Of a stretch of 64,000 nucleotides of DNA, positions 1 through 13,134 are shown piece after piece. The position numbers and the translations under genes are program-made. Every line of letters begins with the position of its first letter. Position 1 is the stretch's first letter. Source of the DNA: Octopus bimaculoides (Eukaryota); assembly GCF_001194135.2 (NCBI RefSeq), contig NC_068982.1, positions 65,212,534-65,276,533 on the forward strand, written 5' to 3'. The notes beneath the pieces are model-generated. The model searched no databases and was not told where the DNA came from. It worked only from the letters and a program-made list of their open reading frames with translations.

Positions 1-1784
1 ATTTTTTTTTAGAAATAAGGTAACCTGGAAATAGCAACTATAACAGTTGATGGAAATTCAAAAGAATCATTCATTGGCTTTGATATCAATCGATGCTTGA
101 TCAATTTATTAATTTTTTTTTTTTTTAAGAAATGAAAGCATTGATTTTTTTTTTTTTTTTTTTTCAAACTATGAAAAGAGTTTATATGCAGACTGAATGA
201 GAAGAGAAAACTTGGGAAGAGGTTGTTAAGTTAACTCTGTTGAGTTATCAATGATGATAACAACAGTAGTAACCACTACTGGCATCATAACTATTTTCTG
301 AATGATTCTACAACTATTTAAATTTACATGTTGTTGTTTAGTCTTAGGTAACCTTTATGTCATTGCTTGACCTACTAGAAACAACAACCAAATATCCTGT
401 AAATTACACCCTACCATTGTTAAAATGGAGGAACACATTGGATAATGTAGTTTTAGATACAGCATGGCCTGAAAAAATGGTGGAAAGGTATTTAATCATT
501 GGCTTACTTGGCCAGAATTGATCATCATCATTTTATCATCATCACTGTCATCATTACCACTACCATCACCATCATCATCATCATTTTAATGTCTAATTTT
601 CCATGCTTGAGATAGATTGTCAATGGCTGGATTCCCTGTTCTATTGCCAAGCCCCACTTGTTTCCAAGTGAGGTAATAATTCACTTTGGCTGAACATGTT
701 TTCACAGAAGACTGAAAAGGAATGATACCATTTGCATGACTGACACTCATAGCTATCATGTGGTATCAAGACTAGAAGAGTCAAACACTCATATACACAC
801 ACATTACACATACATACATTAATACATCTACACACACACACACACACAATGGTTTTCTTTCAGTTTCTGTCTATCAAATATTCTCACAAGGCTTTGGTTG
901 ACCTGATGCTTTAGCAGAAAACGCTTGCTCAAGTTACCATGTAGTGTGACTGAACCTGAAATCTTGTGGTTTGGGAAGCAAACTTCTTAGAGCAACTGAC
1001 TTATTTTTCCCTTAAGTATTCTGTTTTTTGTGAAAAGAAGTGGAGCTGGCTGTACAAATCAGGTGTGATTAATGATAAATATGTTAAAAGAATATTAACC
1101 AGGTATGATTAAGGAGAGGTGTGTTAAAGGTGTATTAAATTTGTTTTTGTACATTAACTCATTTGTTTACTCCTAGTATTGGCAGTAAACAACATCAGTT
1201 TTTATTTTTTCTATTTTATTATCAACCATATTCATTGCAATAGAATAGACAGACTGACAACTGTCATTTCCTGGATAAAGCCATTTCAGTTATGCCACTA
1301 AAAGCTTTGAGAAAGGTCTTTAGTGCTTGTCATAGACCCCTTCCCTCCCTTATTTACACCCCACCCTGTGTCAATCTCAGACTTCCTGCTCTAATCTGAC
1401 TGAAGCAGCAGGAACACCATTCCAGTGACAGTGGCTGAAGCAAATTACATCTAGAAACAAATAAACTACTGTAAAATAATCGAACAACAAAGGCATTGTT
1501 ATGTATGATGACAACTTATCATGACTTCTCTGTCTTTTCATACCATTAACTCTTTTGATTCCAATCCCTCTGAGACTGTCTGCAGGTCTATCATTTAAAA
1601 ATAATCTTGCATTTTACACTCTGTTCCTAATCACATTAAACCTTTCCATCATAATATTATACAATAATCTTTTATGTTCCTTCCTTCATAATATTATATA
1701 AGAATCTTCTGTGATGTTTCTTCCATCTTAGTATTATATAATAATCTTTTATGTTATATTCCTTCATAATATTATATAAGAATC

Positions 1785-1992
1785 TAAGGTGGCAAGCTGA
1801 TAGAATTGTTCGCATGCCAGGCAAGATACTTAGTGGCACTTCATGTTCAGAGTTCAAATTCTGCCAAGGTTGACTTTGCCTCTTTCATCCTTTCGGGACC
1901 AATAAAATAAGTAGCAGTTGAGCACTGGAATCAATTTAATTGACTTGGTCCCTCTCCCAAAACTGCTGGCATTATGCCAACATTTGAAACCA
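1785..1992 (+). mobile_element. Family B SINE (others at about 11535-11662, 35215-35420, 45753-45955, 46699-46875, 53540-53697; minus 16310-16450, 56195-56405)
   Basis: Same head, central block and GCTGGC.TT.TGCCAAA.TTTGAAACCA tail. Confidence 0.75.
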
Positions 1993-2314
1993 ATATTATA
2001 CAAGAATTCTTTTGTTATGTTCCAAACACCCGCTTAATAACATAAACATTAGTTATTTTACTGAATCTTTCAAAATTCATGATTATTTTCAAGATTAAAT
2101 AAATCACCTTAGGCCTTTTATGCAAAATTGGGCCTATATTACATGCTTTATTGCTCTAAAGACCTTTTTTTCCTGAATATATACTGCAGAAATTGGGTGC
2201 ATCAAACATGCTCAATGTGTCTTTTATACTATCAAATATGGGAAGTAGTTTATTTCATTGGAAAAAAATTTAATAACCAAATTCCCAACTTCACTTGCTT
2301 GCTCTATATGCTCT

Positions 2315-2470
2315 TTTTCTCTCTCTCTTTCTCCTTCTCTCTCTTTCTCTCTCTCTTTCTCTTTCTCCTTCTCTATCTTTCTCTCTCTCTCTCTCTCTTT
2401 CTCTCTCCTTCTCTATCTTTCTCTCTCTCTTTCTCTCTCCTTCTCTATCTTTCTCTCTCTCTCTCTCATA
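2315..2470. repeat. Compound (CT)n microsatellite with a repeated CTCCTTCTCTATCTTT subunit
   Basis: Read directly from the sequence. Confidence 0.9.
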
Positions 2471-3936
2471 TATTTATCTCTCTCTCATATTTACAAATTG
2501 ACATTCTGCTTGGAGGAGAGTATAGTCAATAAGATTAACCCTAGTAGTTAAATGATTTTTTTTCTCATTGATACCCCAGAATGATGAAAGACAAAAGAGA
2601 TTTTGGTAAGGTTTGAAATCAGAATGTGAAGGCATGTAACTAAACACCAAGCATTTTTGTCTGGCACTCTACTGGTTTTACTATCTTAAACATACACAAT
2701 CACTCAACTATTAGAAATAATAGTGAAATTTTTCTTAAATCACACTCTTCAGTCTTTTAAACAGAATTCCTTAGATAATGTAATCTAAGATACACTTTAT
2801 CTGAAAAAAGAAAACACTGAACTGCCTCCCTTAGCACTTTTCCCCTTCATTTGAGGAGTCTTGTCCTGCAAGTTACTTGGTGACCCCAATGGTGTTGGCG
2901 CCATGCAAAAAATACCTTGTACACTGAAGTGGTTGGCATTGGGAAGGGAATCCAGCTGTAGAAGCCATACCAAAGACAGTAAAATTTGACACAATTTTCT
3001 GGTTTGCCAGAGCATCCAACCCATGCCAGCAAGGAAAGTGGCCATTAAATGATGATGATAATGATGATGATGACTAGCCAAAGTTAAAAGTGTTTTTGAA
3101 AAGAAATCTACTAATCAACATCAACAACACATCAGTTTAATCAAACTATAATCGAACTAAGTTACATCTACATCAAAGTCAGCAGTTCCATTTAGCATAT
3201 ATTTCCATTGTCTTGGCAGAGATTTCTGGATAGCTGGTACTTGAATTTTTGAATTTCAAGATGTTTTATTTCTGATTCAATAGTTTCCAATAAAGAGACT
3301 TATGAAAGCAATAATGATTGAAATATTACTGCTAAGATTAATTTTTCATGCTAATTGCTATGATCTTTTTCTTCTTCATTATTATGAATTGTTCTTTTTT
3401 TTTTTCTGAGATGTTCATATTTTTTTTCATTCTTACCACCACCACCACCACTACTACTACAATTATGATATTCTACCAGTACCACCATTTACTTCCAATT
3501 CCATCCTTTACTCGACCTTCCCCGCCACTACAGAGACTACCACAATCATCACTATGGTGTTACTTCTACCTTTACCAGTGCTGCTGCACTGTCACTACTA
3601 ACTCTGCATCACCACCACCACCACCATCGCTACTACTACCACTACCACCACTTTTACTACACCATCACAACAGCCAACATCTTTACTATCCACCCTCACA
3701 CTTCCATCACACCACAACCCTCATGTAACCATAAGGTTCCATGTTATGTTTCACCACCACCGCCACTACCACTGTCATCGTTATCATCACTATCATTCCA
3801 TGTCCACTTTCTATGCTGGCATGGGTTGGACTGGTTGTTATAGTCTGAGTCGGTTTGTATTTGCAGTGTACTACCCTACAAGATGGGTCATAGGATCAGG
3901 TCTCACTTGTACTTTTCATTTTTGGGTTTGGCTTTT

Positions 3937-3976
<40 letters not shown>

Positions 3977-4140
3977 CTTATAATACTCAATCTCAAATAT
4001 CTTTGTTTTTCTTGGATAGAAATATGTATATCTACATATATCCTATCTATAATCTATCCATATATCCTATCCAAGAAAAACAAAGATCAGTATGTATTTA
4101 TGTCTGTGTGTGTGTGTGTGTGTCTGTATGTATGTATCTA

Positions 4141-4171
<31 letters not shown>

Positions 4172-4683
4172 ATGTATCTACATATAACATTATCTCTCAC
4201 CTCTCCTCTCCCCATACTGATATTCCCATCAACCACACACCCTCTACCCCCCCCCCCATGTCTAACTATCGGTTATTCCTTCCTCACTGACTTATGGAAA
4301 TACCCACTCTCCCCTCTCCCGACACACTGTATCCTCTCTTATGCTCACCTTACTGCACCTTGAGAGAGTACTCTGGTTCTCTATCACTACCATCATTGTC
4401 CCTTTCCCAACTACTCTCACCCTTATATAATGTGTGGTAACCATGTATCTCCTGTTATAGTAAGACACCAATGTTTCTCCCCCATCATACCTTAACCTTT
4501 CAACATTTATCATAAAATTTCCCCACCCATCCATTTTAGTAGTGGGAGCTTGTGCCTTTTCCTTTTTCCCTGTTCTTTTGCTGTCTTGCAAGTTACTTGG
4601 CAACGGCACTATTGCCGGTAGCATGAAAAAAAGCACTCAGTACACACTATAAAGTGGTTGGCATTAGGAGGGGCATCCAGCCA

Positions 4684-5023
4684 TTGTTGTTGGCACTCCG
4701 TCGCTTACGATATCGAGGGTTCCAGTTGATCCGATCAATGGAACAACCTGCTTGTAAAATTAACGTGCAAGTGGCTGAGCACTCCACAGACACATGTACC
4801 CTTAACGTAGTTCTCGGGGATATTCAGCGTGACACAGTGTGACAAGGCTGACCCTTTGAATTATAGGCACAACAGAAACAGGAAGTAAGAGTGAGAGAAA
4901 GTTGTGGTGAAAGAGTATAGCAGGGTTCGCCACCATCCCCTGCCGGAGCCTCGTGGAGCTTTAGGTGTTTTTGCTCAATAAACATTCTCAACGCCTGGTC
5001 TGGGAATCGAAACCACGATCCTA
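4684..5023 (-). mobile_element. tRNA-derived SINE, family A, nested in a family-D tail and cut by a gap
   Basis: Reverse complement of the family A body and tail; 4583-4683 is family-D-like sequence. Confidence 0.85.
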
Positions 5024-5573
5024 NNNNNNNNNNNNNNNNNNNNNNNNNNNNNNNNNNNNNNNNNNNNNNNNNNNNNNNNNNNNNNNNNNNNNNNNNNNNN
5101 NNNNNNNNNNNNNNNNNNNNNNNNNNNNNNNNNNNNNNNNNNNNNNNNNNNNNNNNNNNNNNNNNNNNNNNNNNNNNNNNNNNNNNNNNNNNNNNNNNNN
5201 NNNNNNNNNNNNNNNNNNNNNNNNNNNNNNNNNNNNNNNNNNNNNNNNNNNNNNNNNNNNNNNNNNNNNNNNNNNNNNNNNNNNNNNNNNNNNNNNNNNN
5301 NNNNNNNNNNNNNNNNNNNNNNNNNNNNNNNNNNNNNNNNNNNNNNNNNNNNNNNNNNNNNNNNNNNNNNNNNNNNNNNNNNNNNNNNNNNNNNNNNNNN
5401 NNNNNNNNNNNNNNNNNNNNNNNNNNNNNNNNNNNNNNNNNNNNNNNNNNNNNNNNNNNNNNNNNNNNNNNNNNNNNNNNNNNNNNNNNNNNNNNNNNNN
5501 NNNNNNNNNNNNNNNNNNNNNNNNNNNNNNNNNNNNNNNNNNNNNNNNNNNNNNNNNNNNNNNNNNNNNNNNN

Positions 5574-5646
5574 GAGCAGTGGAGTCCTTGTAATTGACTT
5601 AACCCTTTCCCCAAACTTGCTGGCCTTGTGCCAAAATTTGAAATCA

Positions 5647-5701
<55 letters not shown>

Positions 5702-5915
5702 GGCAGCAAGCTGGCAGAATCATTAGCATGCCAGACAAAATGCTTAGCAGTATTTCACCCGTTGCTACGTTCCAGGTTCTAATTCCACCGAGGTTGACTT
5801 TGCCTTTCATCCTTTCAGGGTCGATAATTTAAGTACCAGTGAAACACTGGGGTCGATGAAATCGACTAGTCCTCTTTCCCTAAATTTCAGGCCTTGTGCC
5901 TATAATAGAAAGGAA

Positions 5916-5950
<35 letters not shown>
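5574..5950 (+). mobile_element. Family B SINE tail + (ATT)n + full family B copy + (ATT)n
   Basis: 5574-5645 tail variant; 5700-5912 full copy. Confidence 0.8.
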
Positions 5951-5993
5951 GNNNNNNNNNNTCAAATGACTGAAACAAGTAAAAGAGTAAAAG

Positions 5994-6024
<31 letters not shown>

Positions 6025-6317
6025 TTGTCTTCATTATCATCATTTTATCAACATTTCTGTTTTTTTTTTTTATTACCCTACTTCTATCTTATGTTAGAAT
6101 GGATTGGACAATAGTGTCCTGCCACTCAGCTTCACTCTTCATCAGCTGATACACACAAATCTGCAGATGACACCCCACCAGTCTTTGTGTTTATCACGTG
6201 TTTTTGACATTCTTTTCACAGCTGAATGCCATTTTTATTATCATTATTATTACTATCATCATCATCATCATCATTATCGCCGTCATCATTATTATTGCCA
6301 TCATTATTATCATTGTT

Positions 6318-6800
6318 GTGGAGGAGCAATGGCCCACTGGTTAGGGCAGCGGACTTGCGGTCATAGGATCGCGGTTTCGATACCTAGACCGGGTGTTGTG
6401 AGTGTTTCTTGAGCGAAAACACCTAAAAGCTCCACGAGGCTCCGGCAGGGGATGGTGGTGAACCCTGCTATACTCTTTCACCACGACTTTCTCTCACTCT
6501 TACTTCCTGTTTCTGTTGTGCCTGTAATTCAAAGGGTCAGCCTTGTCACATTGTGTCACGCTGAATATCCCCGAGAACTACGTTAAGGGNNNNNNNNNNT
6601 TACTTCCTGTTTCTGTTGTGCCTGTAATTCAAAGGGTCAGCCTTGTCACATTGTGTCACGCTGAATATCCCCGAGAACTACGTTAAGGGTACATGTGTCT
6701 GTGGAGTGCTCAGCCACTTGCAAGTTAATTCCACGAGCTGGCTGTTCCGTTGATCGGATCAACTGGAACCCTCGACGTCGTAAGCAACGGAGTGCCAACA
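6318..6800 (+). mobile_element. tRNA-derived SINE, family A, with artefactual 90-bp duplication across a 10-N gap
   Basis: Same head and tail as other A copies; 6500-6589 identical to 6600-6689. Confidence 0.85.
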
Positions 6801-7523
6801 CACATTATTATTGTTATCTTTATTATTATCATTATTATTATTATCATCATCATTATTATCATTATTATCATCATCATTATTGTTGTTATTATTTTTATTA
6901 TTGTATAGTTTTGAAATTTGACATGGCAGACACGACATAAAAGGAAAAAAAAAAACAACCCTCATACCTGAATATTATTATTCATCCATATCCTCAGCTG
7001 ATATTACATATCCTGTGATTTTGTTGGGATTGATGATGAAAGAGAAGAGAAGACACTACAAACTGAAGTAATAAATTCACCCCAAACTGTGTTCTTAAAA
7101 AAAAAAAAAAACCTGCCAACAAAAACACATACCCCCCCCCCCTNNNNNNNNNNNNNNNNNNNNNNNNNNNNNNNNNNNNNNNNNNNNNNNNNNNNNNNNN
7201 NNNNNNNNNNNNNNNNNNNNNNNNNNNNNNNNNNNNNNNNNNNNNNNNNNNNNNNNNNNNNNNNNNNNNNNNNNNNNNNNNNNNNNNNNNNNNNNNNNNN
7301 NNNNNNNNNNNNNNNNNNNNNNNNNNNNNNNNNNNNNNNNNNNNNNNNNNNNNNNNNNNNNNNNNNNNNNNNNNNNNNNNNNNNNNNNNNNNNNNNNNNN
7401 NNNNNNNNNNNNNNNNNNNNNNNNNNNNNNNNNNNNNNNNNNNNNNNNNNNNNNNNNNNNNNNNNNNNNNNNNNNNNNNNNNNNNNNNNNNNNNNNNNNN
7501 NNNNNNNNNNNNNNNNNNNNNNN

Positions 7524-8290
7524 CCTCCACCACTGATACCACTACCACCACCACCACCACCACCACCACCACCACCACAGTCATGGCCACTATTAGCTCT
7601 ACTGCTACCACCACTGCTGTCTCGGCGCTCTCTCCACCACCACCACCAGTGGTGTGGTCATTACCAACTCCCATAACTATCACTACTGCCTCTATTAACA
7701 CCACCAACTATGATGAATGCCACTGTTACCCGTCGTTGCCAACACCACTAAAATCAGCACTGAAACTACCACTATGATTAACACCATCACCACCACTACC
7801 ATTGCCATCACTACCACATCATTACCACAACCACCATCACCACCACCAACATCCACCACCACTACCACCATTGTCACCACTATCATGATCACCACTAATA
7901 CTAACACCACAATCATCACCACTACCTCTAGGATCCCCACCATCACTGCCATGACCACTATCATCATCATCATCACCACCATCACTATAACCATCATCAC
8001 TGTCATCACCACTACCACCATTGTCACCAACCAACATCACTAGTCTTCACAACCACCACCATCAACATTGACCATCACTATTGGCAATATCAATATGAAC
8101 ACTAACACTACCACCTTCACAATCAACATTACTACTACCAACACAGCCACCATCACCATCATTACCTCTACTACTATCTCTGTTGTCAATACCACTACAA
8201 TCATCACCAACACCACCCCTACCATCACTATTATCAACACCCCTGTCATCATTTCCACCACCACCACCACCACCACACCACAATGTTGCT
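7524..8290. repeat. Degenerate (ACC/ATC/ACT)n trinucleotide low-complexity tract
   Basis: Continuous CCA/TCA/CTA triplets; source of the poly-Thr/Val ORFs. Similar tracts at about 3430-3800, 14250-14400, 21540-22030, 47180-48010. Confidence 0.9.
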
Positions 8291-9087
8291 CTCTGCTCTT
8301 CTTCAACCTCAAAGGTTCCATTTACTAACATCACAGATCTTAATTAAGATTTAATTCTTCATTAACATCTGGAAAATATTTTTTTAAAAATCTCTCTCTA
8401 TATTGCACACTTTCTCTCCCTCTCCTCTGTATCTATCTCTCCCTCTCTCTCTTTGCACACACACACATGCACATATGCATTCATATATATGTATACACAC
8501 ACACACACACACAAACACATACACATATGAAATACTGCATGATAAATATGGAACAGATTTAAACAAGACAAAAACATTACATAAAACAAACGCATGTCTA
8601 AGTACAAGTCACTCTCTCTCTCTCTCTCTCTCCATCTCTCTTTTTCTCTAGTTCTAGCTCCACCCACCTGCTCTAAAAGAAACCCCATCAAATTAATGCT
8701 GTAACATGTAGCATGTTTTATTGTGTCACCGACCCAGTTGGAAACCACTTAGTGCCTTTCCCCTCATGTTTCCTTTAGCTAAATTATACTCTTCTCCCTG
8801 CTGCTTCTTCAATAAAACTCCGGAATATTAATAATAAAGCTACAAATAGGTTATAATACGTACAAATTTCTACTCAGCAGTTTCTGGGCAGTTTTTTGTT
8901 AATTACTTTTTTTTTTTTTAGTCACAATTTTAATTCAAAAATAATTTTGTTTTAGATTTGCTGTTTGTGTCGCTGTATAGCTATAGGTCAGCTTCAGTTA
9001 GAAAAAACCTGTAGCATACAGGTAGTTGGTCAAACAACTAGGTACCATATCTGATAGATCTGTTATACCATGCCTCTTGTTAACCTC

Positions 9088-9470
9088 GTGGAGGCGCAAT
9101 GGCCCAGTGGTTAGGGCAGTGGACTCGCGGTCACAGGATCACGGTTTCGATTCCCAGACCGGGCGTTGTGAGTGTTTATTGAGCGAAAACACCTAAAGCT
9201 CCACGAGGCTCCGGCAGGGGATGGTGGCGAACCCTGCTGTACTCTTCCACCACAACTTTCTCTCACTCTTTCTTCCTGTTTCTGTTGTACCTGTATTTCA
9301 AATGGCCAGCCTTGTCACACTGTGTCACGCTGAATATCCCCGAGAACTACGTTAAGGGTACATGTGTCTGTGGATTGCTCAGCCACTTGGACGTTAATTT
9401 CACGAGCAAGCTGTTCCGTTGATAGGATCAACTGGAACCCTCGACGTCGTAAGCAACGGAGTGCCAACAA
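9088..9470 (+). mobile_element. tRNA-derived SINE, family A (young, full length)
   Basis: A box TGGCCCAGTGG, B box GGTTTCGATTCC, (CAA)n tail; TSD TTGTTAACCT at 9077-9086 and 9472-9481. Confidence 0.9.
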
Positions 9471-9814
9471 GTTGTTAACCTAGTTGAGAACCATACTCTG
9501 CAACGTGCAGTGATGAATCACAGAGTTGTGGTTGTTATTCAGCCCCAAGCCAGCAGTGATCAACCTTATCTATGACGAAAGGTTTCCAGCTGTGATCATC
9601 CTGTATTTTTTTTTTCTTTACTGTGATATATTTAGAACTACATTATCCTATCTCTTTCATTTTCTTTTCCTTTAATATAGTCAGGTGTGATGTGAGGGAG
9701 ACTTAGGTGATATTTCTAGCAGATTGGGTGCACATATGGAGGCTTCCTCAGTCCAGTGGGGTGTCAGACTGCTTTTGGAAAGGTTGATAGTTTATACTCC
9801 ATCACTAGCATTGC

Positions 9815-9973
9815 ACATGCTTTATCTTGTAGATTTGAGATTCTGATGGTGTGGTTGTTTATTTTGAGAATGGCACTGTTTGGTAGCATGAGAGGTTGGA
9901 TGTAATCAGTTTGAACATAAAACAAGTAGAATATTTTGGCCAGATATGACCAGTTTAAATGCTAAATGGTTAA
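9815..9973 (-). mobile_element. Partial piggyBac-type MITE, same family as 40756-40975
   Basis: Reverse complement begins TTAACCATTTAGCATTTAAA and aligns by eye with 40752-40910. Confidence 0.5.
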
Positions 9974-10376
9974 GACTGTTAGTGCTGTCCTTTGTTTCCA
10001 GTCTTCCATGAAAACATGCCTGGTCACTGGGGAAATGTTACTTTTCTTCGAAATAGGTGAAAGTTGGCAATTGGAAGGGTATCTGGCCAAAGAAAATCCA
10101 CCTCAATAAATTCTGTTTGACCCATATGAGGATGGTAAAATGAACATTAAAACTATAATAATGGTTTTGATGATGATGCTGGTGTATATAAGTTCCATAT
10201 GCTGGTATATAAGATGACCTTTGAAGGTGTATAAGCACATTGCCAATACAAGGCCTGTGTTGTTCAACCTCAGGTCAAATCTCATCAAATAGACCCATAA
10301 TCAAAGGCATTCCTGCCATGACCATCTCATTTTTTTATGGTATTCCTATGACTATGCAATGCTTTTTCTTCTAGAC

Positions 10377-10778
10377 CAGTGGTTCTCAATTAGGGTCCAT
10401 AAGGCCCTTGTGGGTATCCTTATAAGATTTTGTTGTTAAAAATATATGTGCTTTGGCGTTTGGAAGGGCATCCAGCTGTAGAAACTCTGCCAGATCAGAT
10501 TGGAGCCTGGTGCAGCCTTCTGGCTTGCCAGTCCTCAGTCAAATCGTCCAACCCATGCTAGCATGGAAAGCAGACGTTAAACGATGATGATGATGAAACT
10601 GGTTATATTTCTACAATACACAAAATATTTAAACATTTTTTATGCAATTCCCTAATAATATTTAATCATAGAAATATAATAGGAGTTTTTAAACATCGAA
10701 TGGCTATGGTGGTTCCTCTCCCCAGAGTAAAATGGGAATCAAAGCGGTCCATAGTCAAAAAATGGTTGAGAACCAGTG
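10377..10778. mobile_element. hAT (Charlie-type) MITE with nested retroposon tail
   Basis: TIRs CAGTGGTTCTCAA / TTGAGAACCAGTG; perfect 8-bp TSD TTCTAGAC at 10369-10376 and 10779-10786, fitting the NTCTAGAN Charlie target. Confidence 0.85.
10452..10597 (+). mobile_element. 5'-truncated family D tail inside the Charlie MITE
   Basis: GGAAGGGCATCCAGCTGTAGAAAC...GACGTTAAACGATGATG. Confidence 0.75.
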
Positions 10779-11359
10779 TTCTAGACTGTAGAGTGCAACT
10801 TGAAGGAGACTAAGCAGCTATTTCTAGCAGACCTCTCTCCCTACTAAAACAATGGTCAGGGTTATCTTATGTACTGGCTTTAAAGTCTAAATGGTTAAAT
10901 TTGTTGATGGTAAACATCATCAACTGATAGTCTGGCTCTTACAGTAGAGTACTGTGTGGCTGAATGACTCACAGTATGTGAGTGTGACCTTATTGTATAG
11001 TTAAATATTCCGTGACAGATAAGGAGACATAATTCACAAATTTTAGTACAGAAAAAAAGAACCCGCTGTGATTGCTGTCTGCACTAAGAATTAAAGTAAA
11101 CATAATCCGCAAAGAAGCTCAGAGTATGTTTGTGTACATGTGTGTGTGTTTTCATGTATGTGTTCCTGTGTGTATGTTCATGTATGTGTTCATAAGTTCT
11201 TAAGTGTGTATGTATTTGTGTGTTCATGTGTATGTAAAATTTGTTGTTTAACCCCAGTTCAATACTGATCAAGCTGGCTTATGATCAAATGCTTTCCATC
11301 CATGACCATCCAGCCTTTTCAAAAGCATACAGGACTAACATTAATGTAGTTCTGCATTC

Positions 11360-11393
<34 letters not shown>

Positions 11394-12239
11394 CGTTAAT
11401 CGGAACGCGGACGTTAAACGATGATGATGATGATATCATAAAACAACAATATTATGTCACTTAAAATGCTGCCTTTTCTTCTTTTTCTTTTTAAGACTAA
11501 TTAATATATGTGGGACTATTATGTTATGTATTGCCAAGGTCAACTTTGCTTTTCATCCTTTTGGGGTCGATAAAACAAGTACCAGTTGAACACTGAGGTC
11601 GATGTGATTGACTCATCCCCTCCCCCAAAATAGCTGCCCTTGTGGCAAAATTTGAAACCATTGTGTTATGTATTGCTTCCTTATCCTTATTTAAGATGGT
11701 AAGGTATCATTTGAGGGAAATTTGGCTGCTAGGTCAAGTGAATACTTAGAAGCCTCCCTTTTCGTTATTTTATGTAATGAATATATCACAAAATAAACAA
11801 TCTGAGAAAGCATTTTTTAGAATCATCTCCTGCACACCTGACAATCAAAAAGACAAACAATAGTCATATACTTGATGATCATTGATACCTCCCACTTGGC
11901 AGTCATTGGAGAGTATGAATCATAGTCAAAAAGTCAGTCTTTGGCATTTTGATAATGTTTCATGTTTTGTAAACAGAGGTGAAGTAGCTAATTAGACTAG
12001 CAACTGAAAAATGATGACTTCAGATTTAACCGACATTTTATTATCTCCTTTGTGTCGAAACATTTTTTTCTATATTACCTCAGTTCATCTGTCCATCAGA
12101 AATAGGTACCTCATCACTGAGTAGTCTTACCTAAAATTGACTGGCACACTATCCTATCAAGTGGAAGATGGCAAGTACCCAGTCACGAAACATCAACTGT
12201 TATAATCCTCATGTCTCTCTATCTCTCAGGGTTTATGAA

Positions 12240-12449
12240 TCTTTTATCTTTTACTTGTTTCAATCATTAGATTGTGACCATGCTGGGGCCCCACCTTGAA
12301 GAAATTTTAGTCAAATGTATCAACCCCAGTACTTATTTTTTTCAGGCCTGGTACTTATTTTATTGGTCGCTTTTTGCCAAATCACTAAGTTACGGGAACT
12401 TAAACACACAAGCACTGGTTGTCAAGCAGTAGTGGGAACAAACAAAAAG

Positions 12450-12480
<31 letters not shown>

Positions 12481-12810
12481 CAAAGGACTTCTTTCAATTT
12501 CCATCTACCAAATCTACTTGTAAGGAAGTCCAGTATTTATTCTATGAGTCTCTTTTGCTGAACAGGGATGTCAACAAACCAACACCAGTTGCCCAGTAAG
12601 TGGTGGTAGGACAAACACAGACACAAAGACATACACAAGTAGACACATATACAATTAACTCTCACTCAGTTTCTGTCTATCAAATAATTCAATCTTTAAG
12701 GCATTGGTTGTCCTGAGGCTATAGCAGAAGACAATTGCCCAAGGTGCTATGCCATGGGATTGAACCAGAAACCACATAGCTGTGAAGCAAACTTCTTAAC
12801 CACACTGCCC
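12240..12810 (-). mobile_element. Two adjacent family C SINEs (others at about 790-990, 19010-19160, 22985-23330, 39330-39637 minus; 29720-30065, 49555-49895 plus)
   Basis: Reverse complement of family C with internal (CA)n. Confidence 0.7.
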
Positions 12811-13114
12811 CGATGAGGGTTCCAGTTGATCCGATCAACAGAACAGCTTGCTCATGAAATTAACATACAAGCTACTGAGCACTCTACAGACATGTGTACC
12901 CCTAATGTAGTTCTCAGGGAGATTCAGCATGACACAGGATGTGATCAGGCTGGCCCTTTGAAACACAGGTTCTATTCATTTTTGCCAGCTGAGTGGACTG
13001 GAGCAATGCAAAATAAAGTATCTTGCTGGAAGACACTACGCACTGCCAGGAATCACTCATGACCTTATGATTGTGAGCTGAATATCCCTAACCACTAAGC
13101 TACATGCCTTCACT
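12811..13114 (-). mobile_element. Older SINE: tRNA head + CORE-like domain + family-A tail
   Basis: 12811-12970 matches the family A 3' half; 12975-13114 is the head plus GCAAGA.ACTTTATTT...TTGCTCCAGTCCACTCAGCTG (MIR/CORE-like). Confidence 0.7.
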
Positions 13115-13134
13115 ACACCTTGTGACAAAAAGTA

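Noticed and set aside
4824-5810. 328-aa ORF and all other X-filled ORFs
   Set aside because: Length comes from N-gaps; the defined parts are SINE sequence.
7717-8328. Thr-rich 'mucin-like' ORFs and their Val/Met-rich antisense ORFs
   Set aside because: Degenerate ACC/ATC trinucleotide tract open in several frames on both strands; no splice or domain evidence.
9088-9165. tRNA gene calls at SINE heads (families A, B, C and 61409)
   Set aside because: No complete acceptor stem or T-run terminator; each continues into a repeat body.
12081-12132. Short minus-strand segment with AG/GT boundaries
   Set aside because: Stops in all three frames; no support as a coding exon.
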